Assembly: GCA_030666795.1 (NCBI GenBank)
Contig: DAOUXC010000001.1
Coordinates: forward strand, 1 to 46,269
Direction of reading: 5' to 3'
Length of the DNA stretch: 46,269 bases
From: Desulfobacteraceae bacterium
Lineage (GTDB): Bacteria; Desulfobacterota; DSM-4660; Desulfatiglandales; Desulfatiglandaceae
Under the pieces are notes generated by a model. The model saw only the letters and a list, made by a program, of their open reading frames with translations. It was not told the DNA's origin and did no database searches. Position numbers and translations under genes: made by a program. Within the stretch, counting starts at the first letter, position 1; every line of letters starts with the position of its first letter. Below, one piece after another: positions 1-8,302 of this stretch.

Positions 1-11
1 ATACTGCTGCT

Positions 12-428
12 TCACAAACGGGCATTCATCTCCCTTATCACCTGTGTCGCCTGATCCACTAAGTGAGGCAAAGGCTCGTTGCTTACTCCTACAACCCTTA
101 CATTTTCCTGTGTAAGGGGGATCAGGATCTTTCTGGCGTTGCTGGAACTGATGGCCTCTGCCATTTTGGGGGTAAGTTCCCCCATCATAGCATTGGCCAT
201 AAGGATAGCGAGGGGGCCGATGATGACATCCACACCCGGGCTGGTGCGGACCATGGCGTTTTCGCCTGTTGCCCCTTTGTTGGCACCTGCCTTCAGCATA
301 CGGGAGGTGGCAATGGAATTTGTGCCCAAAGCCAGGATCTCCAGTTCATGACCAGTGGCATCCCTCAGACGTTTGATGATGGTGGCTCCAATGCCACCTC
401 CCTGTCCATCCACGACCATCAAAATCAT
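12..428 (-). CDS. DUF3842 family protein
   Basis: 138-aa ORF. MILMVVDGQGGGIG N-terminus plus ALGTNSIATSRMLKAGA, GATGEN and GELTPKMAEAISSS blocks match my recollection of DUF3842. GAGG-type RBS before ATG at 428. Confidence 0.7.
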   Translation of the reverse strand: MILMVVDGQGGGIGATIIKRLRDATGHELEILALGTNSIATSRMLKAGANKGATGENAMVRTSPGVDVIIGPLAILMANAMMGELTPKMAEAISSSNARKILIPLTQENVRVVGVSNEPLPHLVDQATQVIREMNARL

Positions 429-670
429 ATATTTACCTCAAAGTGAAATGATAAAATTCATTTTTGTTGATCGCAACTTAGTAGAAAACACCGTTGATTG
501 TCAATCTGAACAGCATCTCAAGTGCAATCCAAACATTTATAGTTGCATCCAGCCACAAATACGGTATAGATTTTTAAGACTGTGCCGGATGCAAAGTGGT
601 AGGATTAAACGGTTAAAAAACATAGAAACATATAAATTCAAGGCAGTACACTCAAATCAGGGGATAATAT

Positions 671-1657
671 ATGATTATTGTAACAGGTGGTTCCGGTTTT
701 ATTGGAAGTGCGCTCGTGTGGGGACTCAACAAGCGCGGTGTCAATGATATTGTTATTGTCGATCACTTAGGCGAAACGGAGAAGTGGAAAAACCTTGTTC
801 CCCTTCGATTTTCCGATTATTTCGACAAATCTGACTTTATTGAAAAACTTGAAGCCGGATATTTCGGAAACAGTATCAGAGCTATTTTCCATCTTGGCGC
901 ATGTTCTTCCACAACCCAGAAAAATGCTGATTATCTCATTGAAAACAATTACCGGTACACAGCCCGTCTCGCCACATGGCAGGAAGAACACCGCGCCTGC
1001 AGGCTTATATATGCCTCCAGCGCTGCCACTTATGGAGACGGTGAACGGGGTTATCGTGATAAAGAGGATGAATTACACCTTCTTCGTCCGCTAAATATGT
1101 ACGGGTACTCAAAACATCTATTTGATCTCCTTGCCCTTCGCAAAGGGTGGCTTAAACATGTTGTGGGGCTGAAATATTTCAATGTCTTCGGGCCTAATGA
1201 ATATCACAAAGGTGAGATGAGAAGCGTGATAAACAAAGCTTATCCGCTCGTGTGTGATGAAGGGAAGATTTGCCTTTATAAATCATACCGTGATGAATAT
1301 AAAGATGGGGAGCAGCTTCGCGACTTCATCTACGTTAAAGACGCAGTCGATATGACCCTCTTCTTTCTCGACAACCCAAAGATAAACGGCATTTTCAATG
1401 TCGGCACAGGTATTGCCCGGCAGTGGAATCAGGTGGCAGATTCTTTGTTTCAGGCAGTCGGCAGGCCTCTTAACATCGAGTACATCCCCGTGCCTGATAA
1501 GCTGAAGGAAAAATATCAGTACTACACATGTGCTGATATGACAAAGTTGCGATCCGCCGGATACTCACATACCTGTATGGATATTGATACGGCCACAAAA
1601 GAATATGTACGGAATTATCTTAATTCAAACAAACACCTTTCTGTTACCAGAGAATAA
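671..1657 (+). CDS. hldD: ADP-L-glycero-D-manno-heptose 6-epimerase
   Basis: 328-aa ORF. Rossmann motif MIIVTGGSGFIGSAL, SDR catalytic YGYSKHLFD, and length and overall pattern typical of HldD/RfaD. Confidence 0.88.
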   Translation: MIIVTGGSGFIGSALVWGLNKRGVNDIVIVDHLGETEKWKNLVPLRFSDYFDKSDFIEKLEAGYFGNSIRAIFHLGACSSTTQKNADYLIENNYRYTARLATWQEEHRACRLIYASSAATYGDGERGYRDKEDELHLLRPLNMYGYSKHLFDLLALRKGWLKHVVGLKYFNVFGPNEYHKGEMRSVINKAYPLVCDEGKICLYKSYRDEYKDGEQLRDFIYVKDAVDMTLFFLDNPKINGIFNVGTGIARQWNQVADSLFQAVGRPLNIEYIPVPDKLKEKYQYYTCADMTKLRSAGYSHTCMDIDTATKEYVRNYLNSNKHLSVTRE

Positions 1658-1679
1658 GGGTATTATTATCTCTCCCGGC

Positions 1680-1868
1680 TTAAAGCGGTTCAAACACGAT
1701 CTTTCTCTTGGTATTATCATAGAGCTTGAGCCTGGCCTTTAGTGTCTTTTGCTCGCCAAAGATACTGATAAGCTTGACCTCACCCCTCTCTAATTCTATG
1801 AGATCAACGCTTTCCAGGAACATTTCTTCTTCCCCATCTTTCAAAATAAATGCATGAGCTTCACACAT
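1680..1868 (-). CDS. cooT: CooT-family nickel-binding protein (copy 1)
   Basis: Listed ORF trimmed to the internal ATG at 1868, which gives the family-typical MCEA N-terminus (Cys2 is the Ni ligand in CooT). GGGGAGG RBS lies 6 nt upstream of that ATG. About 62 aa, as expected. Confidence 0.75.
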   Translation of the reverse strand: MCEAHAFILKDGEEEMFLESVDLIELERGEVKLISIFGEQKTLKARLKLYDNTKRKIVFEPL

Positions 1869-1901
1869 GGAAAACCTCCCCATTGAATGATAGCCATCGA
1901 A

Positions 1902-2102
1902 TTACTCGAGTGCCTTTAAAGCCTTGCGTAAACATTCAGTGCTTTTTGCCGCCATCTCGATCATTTCCCGGACATAAGCCGCACTATCTTTCTTCCCCGC
2001 CGACTCTAATTGCTCGGCAAACATTTCGTATTCCTCCTGGTGATGATCATTGTGTGTGATCCAGTTCTCCAATCTGATCCTTGCCTTTTCAATAAAATCC
2101 AT
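1902..2102 (-). CDS. small helical His-rich protein (HNDHH motif), unknown function
   Basis: 66-aa ORF with GGGAGG RBS. Predicted all-helical, with ITHNDHHQEE and a lone Cys near the C-terminus. Sits between two CooT genes. Confidence 0.5.
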   Translation of the reverse strand: MDFIEKARIRLENWITHNDHHQEEYEMFAEQLESAGKKDSAAYVREMIEMAAKSTECLRKALKALE

Positions 2103-2197
2103 ATTTAAAGCCTCCCTGTTTTTTCAATTCGCAACCGACTTGTTTGATAGTGATGTTAATCCATTTGTATCCCTCAATTGATAGTTGTCTTATCTAT

Positions 2198-2389
2198 CTA
2201 ATCTTCCACTAACAAAATACAGTGATCAACCAGATTCATCTCCTTGACGTACGCCTTTATCTTAAGACGTTCTCCAAATATGCTCTCAAGATAGATACCA
2301 TCATCCTCTCGCCTTAAAATATCCACACTTTCCATGATAAACATCTTCTCACTCCCGTCCTTTATAAGGTGCACATTTGCCTCACACAT
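2198..2389 (-). CDS. cooT: CooT-family nickel-binding protein (copy 2)
   Basis: 63-aa ORF starting MCEANVHLIKDG, the same fold pattern as copy 1. AGGGGGG RBS upstream. Confidence 0.75.
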   Translation of the reverse strand: MCEANVHLIKDGSEKMFIMESVDILRREDDGIYLESIFGERLKIKAYVKEMNLVDHCILLVED

Positions 2390-2442
2390 AAATAATGCCC
2401 CCCTTTCATTGTCCGCAACATCTTTGTCCGGTTATTCGATCT

Positions 2443-3924
2443 TCATTGGTCTATTACTGCATCAAAAATATCCCTGCGATTGAGATCCTGCCAATAGCTA
2501 ATGGATAGTTCACGGATATGGGCGAAATATTCGGGGTTCAAGCCGCCATATTTCTTCAAGGCTGACTTGATGTCCCCTTTGATCTTGTCGAACCAGAACG
2601 ATTTTAGCCTTAAGGTCAGCTTTTTATTCCTAAATTGAAAAGCAGCCGCCGGACACGGGTTTTCATCAGAAATTTGAATGGCCCCCCGTCCCAGACTCGC
2701 CCCCGTGGCCACCTGGAGACCATCGTTCATGCAGCTCAAGGGAGGACTATTTCCGGCGAATGAAACAACTTGCAATGTATCAAAAGGAGCTTCCAGTATC
2801 TCCCTCGCCCTGACCCCCATCTTGGCCCCGATAAGTGAATAAATACCTAAATGGCGGTGAAACTCGTTGGTCAACAGACACGCCTTCCATTCTTCAAGGC
2901 CATATTTTGCAATGATTTTTTTTACATATGGGCTGACATCCTCCCTGAAGAGTGAAGGATCATCCGGAAAAACCTTTAAGACGACCGCATTACGGGGATT
3001 CAGATGAAAGTCCGCGGCATGTCCCAGGAGTTTCAAATACGTATTATGAACGCCTGCAGCCTTAAAGGCCGAGAGAGACATGACGTGAGCATGATCGGCT
3101 GAGGGTACAAATTTGAATAGTGATGGTCGATTGAGATAAATTACGGTCATTTCATCCCAAACACAAAAATGTTTTTCAGATAAGAGCCTCTGGATGTCAG
3201 GGGGCCGGTGAATTTTTGTCACAAGGCGAGCTGCCTCCGTATCCATGGATTCTATTTGCCTGTAAAGCCCAAAATCAAAGCAAAGCAGTTTTTCCTTAGG
3301 AAGGCTCATGCAATAAATTCTCAAACCTGATCCAAAGACAATGCGTGCGGCACTCAGATCTCGATTGGTATTCCAATCAGGCAGGGCGGCTTCAGGAGGT
3401 GAACCGTAATAGATGAGACGAGAGATCTTATTTTTTATCCGCGGATTTAACCTCAGGGCATCGGCCAGGTTTGTCAGGGGGCCGAGGCAGAGATATAGGA
3501 TAGCCTGGTCCTGAGATTCCAATATCTTTACAATCTCTGCTGCTCCCCTGGGGCCCACGGGAATATTGTCGGGCAATTTCACCTGCTCCGGCCACTTTAT
3601 ATCCTCTGAAAGTGCCCTCCAGGGAGGTGCCGCCTTCTTCAGGAGCCGTCCTTCGGCAATTCCAGTGCCTTTTCTTTCAAAATAACTCAAAAGCGTCCTT
3701 AAATTCCGGGCACCGCCGCAAGGGGATGCTGCTCCGTCCGAAGTGACCATAAGCGGGATATCAAACATGTCCGAGTTAAGGAGCATGACAACGGCCCGTA
3801 TGTCATCCATGGCCATGTCGGTATCGACAATGGCAGATACCCTATAGGTATGGGCATATGCGAAACAGGGAAAAAGGCAAAACAATAAGAACACATATGC
3901 AGTGATGTTTATTTTACGAAACAT
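2443..3924 (-). CDS. secreted fusion: inosine-uridine nucleoside hydrolase-like domain + FmdE-like domain
   Basis: 493 aa. Signal peptide ...FPCFAYA|HTYRV. IUNH motifs DTDMAMDDIRAV and LGPLTNLADAL. C-terminal HRHLGIYSLIGAKMG and SCMNDGLQVATGASLGRG resemble the FmdE (PF02663) core. Confidence 0.72.
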   Translation of the reverse strand: MFRKINITAYVFLLFCLFPCFAYAHTYRVSAIVDTDMAMDDIRAVVMLLNSDMFDIPLMVTSDGAASPCGGARNLRTLLSYFERKGTGIAEGRLLKKAAPPWRALSEDIKWPEQVKLPDNIPVGPRGAAEIVKILESQDQAILYLCLGPLTNLADALRLNPRIKNKISRLIYYGSPPEAALPDWNTNRDLSAARIVFGSGLRIYCMSLPKEKLLCFDFGLYRQIESMDTEAARLVTKIHRPPDIQRLLSEKHFCVWDEMTVIYLNRPSLFKFVPSADHAHVMSLSAFKAAGVHNTYLKLLGHAADFHLNPRNAVVLKVFPDDPSLFREDVSPYVKKIIAKYGLEEWKACLLTNEFHRHLGIYSLIGAKMGVRAREILEAPFDTLQVVSFAGNSPPLSCMNDGLQVATGASLGRGAIQISDENPCPAAAFQFRNKKLTLRLKSFWFDKIKGDIKSALKKYGGLNPEYFAHIRELSISYWQDLNRRDIFDAVIDQ

Positions 3925-3975
3925 TCCTTACCTCGCTAATTCCTGTTGTTTTATTCACTCAATCCATACCTATAA

Positions 3976-4737
3976 TTACTTCACTTTGAAAGTGAAAGAG
4001 GCATTATACCTGTACTTATCACATTCCCTAATATTAATGTAGGGCACCTCGTACATAACATTCGCCATCCATCTTCCATTTCTTGGTATCTTGATATCAG
4101 CAAGGCCTCTTTCATCGGTCTTTGTATTCAAAGCGAATGCATTCGGCAGGTCTGAAAAACCTTCATAAGTAGCGTTCACGTTAATGAAAGGAAGGGGTTT
4201 CCCATCATAAAGCACCTTTACCCGAAAAACATCGCCCTCTTTCAACCCTCTCGTATCTGTAAGAGAAACGATCTCCAGTATATCGCCTGTGGCCCGATCC
4301 GTCATTTTTGCCTTTTCGCCCGCACAGATTATGGCCTTGGCCCGCATATCATAACGGAAGCAACTAATCACATTCTCCAGTCCCTTTTTGGACCGGAGCT
4401 TATATCCATCCGTGGTCTTACTGAGAAAACCCGGATGGATATCCGCCAGTATAATGTACGTGCCCTCTTCTCCGGGGACAAATTCAAACCCGGTTGAAGA
4501 GATCCGTTTAAGAGGAACCTTTTCGTCCTTTGAATCCAGGGCATAAACCTGGTGCAGGAAGTTTGCCTTGATCACCTCATCTTTAGGGAATTTATGTCCC
4601 CAGCCGATCTCAATCCGAACAGACTGACCGACCTTGGCTTGCTCATTATCAATGTTGAGCCACAAGCGGTGAGCATGGGCAATTGGGGTCGAAAAATAGA
4701 ATAGTAATATCAGTGCAAACAAAAGAATCTTTTTCAT
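3976..4737 (-). CDS. DUF4198 periplasmic Ni/Co-uptake-associated protein (copy 1)
   Basis: Signal peptide ...PIAHA|HRLWL, the typical DUF4198 mature N-terminal His-x-x-W. ATG 4737 preferred over GTG 4740 because of GAGGT spacing. Confidence 0.78.
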   Translation of the reverse strand: MKKILLFALILLFYFSTPIAHAHRLWLNIDNEQAKVGQSVRIEIGWGHKFPKDEVIKANFLHQVYALDSKDEKVPLKRISSTGFEFVPGEEGTYIILADIHPGFLSKTTDGYKLRSKKGLENVISCFRYDMRAKAIICAGEKAKMTDRATGDILEIVSLTDTRGLKEGDVFRVKVLYDGKPLPFINVNATYEGFSDLPNAFALNTKTDERGLADIKIPRNGRWMANVMYEVPYINIRECDKYRYNASFTFKVK

Positions 4738-4843
4738 CACGGAATACCTCGTCTGTTATTTAGCATCTCCATTCAAATAAAACTCCCCGAAGGTATTTTA
4801 CGGCGTCATGTTCGGGGAACTCACTCACAAACGTTCTCTGGTG

Positions 4844-5755
4844 TTATTTATTGAGCTTTTCCTGCATCCGTTTCATGGCCGTTTCATATGGCTTGCCCTC
4901 CATAAAACGTCCGACAAGGAGAAGGCCCATGAATCTTTCCTTGTCTTTTGACACTTTTTCTCCCATATCGGCCACTGTCCCTCGCACGATGCGCTCCCGG
5001 TCGGGATAACCGGCCCAATAGACCACGGCGCAGGGCATATCCGGCGGCAGAACTTCCTTTAGTGCTGCAAAAAGACCTTTTGGTTTCCAGAGAGCCATGT
5101 AAAAAACCATGGTAGAAGGATATTTTGCCAGATCCCTTAGAACCTGTCGCTCCTCCATCCGCCATCCAGTCAAAGAAAAAGGGGCGGTTTGTATGACAAA
5201 ATGCGTGTCATGTGCGGGGATGGTGCTTTTACCCAAGGCAGCCATGGCCGCCGCATCGCATCCCATGCCCGGAATAATGACCAGGTCCTCTGAGTCCAAT
5301 TGCTCCGCATACCAGTGGCTCGGGCCGTAAAGGCAGGGATTTCCGGAGTCCAGGAGCCCGATATCTTTTCCCTCTGTCATGAGGCGTTTGAATTGCCCCA
5401 CCCGCTCATCCCGTATCCGGAAACGCTCTACTTTGAATTGGACCAATTCCTCCCTGTTTAACTTCTGCTGCGGCTTCCCTTTGTAGTCCCAAATATCCGT
5501 CCATGGATCAAACAGGACGGGTTTATCGCCTACGTACTCCGCAAACAGCTTCACATGTTGATCCGAGGCCACAATAATGTCCATTTTCTTGATGGTTTCC
5601 AGTGCCTGCAGTGTCGCGGTCCCGGGACCTGCCGGACCGGTCCCGATAACATAGAAATGGCCGCGGCCCCAGGCTGCTGCCTGTGATGGCCACAATACCG
5701 CTGCAACTGACAGGGTGATCACTGCAACAAGAATTATCCGCTTTATTTCCTTCAT
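4844..5755 (-). CDS. exported tetrapyrrole (corrin/porphyrin) methylase-fold protein, CbiF/CobM-like
   Basis: 303 aa. N-terminal K/R-rich plus hydrophobic signal or anchor (…SQAAA|WGRG). TP_methylase motifs VIGTGPAGPGTATLQA and LDSGNPCLYGP. C-terminus VVYWAGYPDRERIVRGTVADM...LLLVG is CbiF-like. Confidence 0.72.
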   Translation of the reverse strand: MKEIKRIILVAVITLSVAAVLWPSQAAAWGRGHFYVIGTGPAGPGTATLQALETIKKMDIIVASDQHVKLFAEYVGDKPVLFDPWTDIWDYKGKPQQKLNREELVQFKVERFRIRDERVGQFKRLMTEGKDIGLLDSGNPCLYGPSHWYAEQLDSEDLVIIPGMGCDAAAMAALGKSTIPAHDTHFVIQTAPFSLTGWRMEERQVLRDLAKYPSTMVFYMALWKPKGLFAALKEVLPPDMPCAVVYWAGYPDRERIVRGTVADMGEKVSKDKERFMGLLLVGRFMEGKPYETAMKRMQEKLNK

Positions 5756-5772
5756 GAGTTTTTCTCCTCATT

Positions 5773-7857
5773 TTAAAACTTAGAGCCAAACTGAAGTCCC
5801 CAAACATACTTGGGCATTTCAAAGCCAGCCTGTTCCTGGTAATCGGTACCGGTCACATTGTTGACAAAGGCTGAGGCCGTCCACTCCACACCATGAAATT
5901 TGAACTTCTGCTCAATGCCTACGTCCACCGTGATATAGTCATCCAGTTCAGGGCCCCGCTGAGAATCCCGACCACCCACATAACGTGAGCTTAACTCCAG
6001 CCATCCATCCGGCCAGACATTATACCGGGCTAATAATTTGATCTTGTGCTTAGGCAAAAGAGCAGGCAGGTAGTATGACCAAGCTGCTTCAAACCCTGTT
6101 TTGTCCGCATCATACTCCTGATAGACATAAGCTGCCGTTGCCCGAAACCTTTTTCCCACATGGATGGCGGCCTCAAGCTCTACTCCGTAAAGTTTGAAAT
6201 GATCAATATTATAGAGGCAGTTACTGCCGAAGGACGGTCCCAGGGCACCTGCGGCTGTGATGCCGTTGTCATTGATGAAGTCCTTGATGTCATAATAAAA
6301 ACCGGCCGTTCTCACGGTCAGAGGTTTAAAATCCTGAATTACCCCGAGTTCATACTCCCAGGCCGATTCCGGTTTTAGTTGAGGGTTATCTAAGGACGCG
6401 CACCGCGCCCACCAGTAATAGTCTCACGGGCACGGGAGCCGGTAGGAACGGCTCACCGCGGCATAGAGGGCCGTTTCAGGAGTTGCCTGGAAATCAACCT
6501 TCATGCTTGGATAGAAACCGGATTCGGTCTGTTCTTTGCCTTCCTGGGGCCAGTTAGCGGGAAACGGACCTTGTGCAAAGTTGGAAAAATACGTATCCAT
6601 GTCAATATGGTAGTAGCGAACTCCGGGTGTAAACCTCCAGCGATCACCCACGCTGATGATATCCTGGATATATGCCGACTGGACTTTGTAGATTATGGGA
6701 TTTTCGTCAGGCCAGCCAAGTTCCTGCCATTCGGCTCCCACTGTTACACTATGGGAATCAAACAGATCAATATCCCGGTACTCGACGATGACACCCTGTG
6801 TCTCATCGTCCGCGAAATCGTCTTTCTGGAATACGCCCATAGAATTGTACATACTGGTCCACCTTCTGCCCACGGTCTGAAAATAGTGGACCTTGGCGAT
6901 TCCGGGACCCATGGGAACGTCAAGAACAGCATCCAGGTAGGTGGTGTCTTTTTCCCATTTCGGGGTTTGTGGCCCGGCAAATTGAGGCCAGTCTATATGT
7001 CTCAACTGGTCACGATTTGCGTAATATTTTGGGTAGTCATCATCATAGTCGGCCCGGGCCGGATCATTTATGACCGGATCACCGTAGACCACTTCGGAAC
7101 GCTTGACTCCAAGGCTGAGGGTGGCATCACCGGGGAGAAAAAAGGTCAGATGCCCGTTAAAGCTATCTGTTTCCTGAAAGTTATTTCTGAGATAACCATC
7201 GCTCTCCTGCGTGCTTACTGAAAAGTTATAGCCCACAAAATTCCCCGCACCGCCTTTAACGGAAGCTGATGCGTTCCAGGTGTTATACTTCCCGTAAGCC
7301 GTCCTGACATCGGCGGCAGGTTTAAGGTCCCCGGTCTTCTTTCCCTTCTTCGTAACGATATTTATCACACCTCCGATGGCAAAGGGATGAAGTACCGAAT
7401 GTCCTCCGCGAATGATTTCAATATGGTCAATATCATCCATATTCAACGTGGACCAGTCCACAATGTACCTGCCGTAATGTCCTGTATGATTGATACGCCG
7501 GCCGTCGATTTCTATTACCAGACGGCCTTCATTAAGACCCCGGATGGATACCTCATCACCAGGGCTTGCCATCAGCGGATTGACACGCTGCACATCAACC
7601 CCGCCGATCTCGGTAAGCACATCGGTCAGGGTGCGAACCTCACCGGGCTTTTTGAATTCATCCATCCTGATAATGGTTTTTTCGGTTGTGATTTCAACGC
7701 CTGGCTGTGGGGCCATAACCGTAATTTTGCCGATATCAATGGCTTCTGAGACGTCCTCCTGGGCAATTGCTGAAATTCCGAACACGCCTGGTGCAAAGGT
7801 AATCGCAGTCAGAATACCTATTATCCAAAAAAAGGTTCTTTTTCTCCTTGATTCCAT
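5773..7857 (-). CDS. TonB-dependent outer-membrane receptor with a single in-frame TGA at 6424-6426 (Sec-recoding candidate or nonsense pseudogene)
   Basis: Listed ORFs 6424..7857 (signal peptide, plug domain) and 5773..6315 (ends ...LQFGSKF) are in the same frame. The gap translates with no further stop and contains the conserved NPQLKPE motif. Confidence 0.8.
6394..6426 (-). other. UGA codon plus downstream GC-rich hairpin (SECIS-like)
   Basis: RNA reads UGA-GACUAUUACUGGU-GGGCGCG-GUG-CGCGUCC. 7-bp stem (one G.U). Apical loop lies 21-23 nt after UGA and begins with G. Confidence 0.4.
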
Positions 7858-8060
7858 TTTTGTTTCACTCCTTCCTCGATTAATGAGTTGAAGATGGCCC
7901 CGGAACGCCTGAAGGGATTGACGGAGGAATACTTCGATGGTATAAAGGAAATTGAAGTATCCCTCATCCCGAGGGACTTCATCCCGGGAGGGCAGCCGGA
8001 TTTCCTTTGGCGAGGAAGGCTGTCCTCCTTTTTGTTATAAGCTTCTTATGTCAATCTGTT

Positions 8061-8088
8061 AGTGAATATATCACTTGTGTGAAATCAC
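8061..8088. promoter_or_regulatory. candidate operator palindromes upstream of the receptor operon
   Basis: AGTGA-atata-TCACT (8061-8075) and GTGA-aa-TCAC (8079-8088) lie between the upstream terminator and the receptor start. No regulator assigned. Confidence 0.25.
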
Positions 8089-8108
8089 CTCCTTTCAACC
8101 TTTGCTCA

Positions 8109-8166
8109 ATAAAAAAAGCCAGGAACGCACTACCGGATTCCGCTCACGGTCTGGCCTTCCTGGCTT
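8109..8166 (-). terminator. intrinsic terminator after tonB
   Basis: 10-bp stem AAGCCAGGAA/TTCCTGGCTT followed on the minus strand by a run of 7 U (A-run 8111-8117 on plus). Confidence 0.65.
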
Positions 8167-8302
8167 ATTGTTTTAGGTCTTATTTTTGAGTAAAGTACTG
8201 GCTAAAATCGCAATTTCTTATTGCGTATTTAATTCGTAGTGTTACTTACATTTCTTGCCATCCATTTGTCAAGAAAAATACATTATCTTTGTGCAGTGTT
8301 CA

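Noticed and set aside
7858-8050. Possible cobalamin riboswitch in the receptor leader.
   Set aside because: Only a loose match (GGAAAUCCGGCUGCCC) to part of the core. I find no GCCACUG-type B12 box or the AGGGAA/GGUG elements. It is kept only as an unclassified structured leader.
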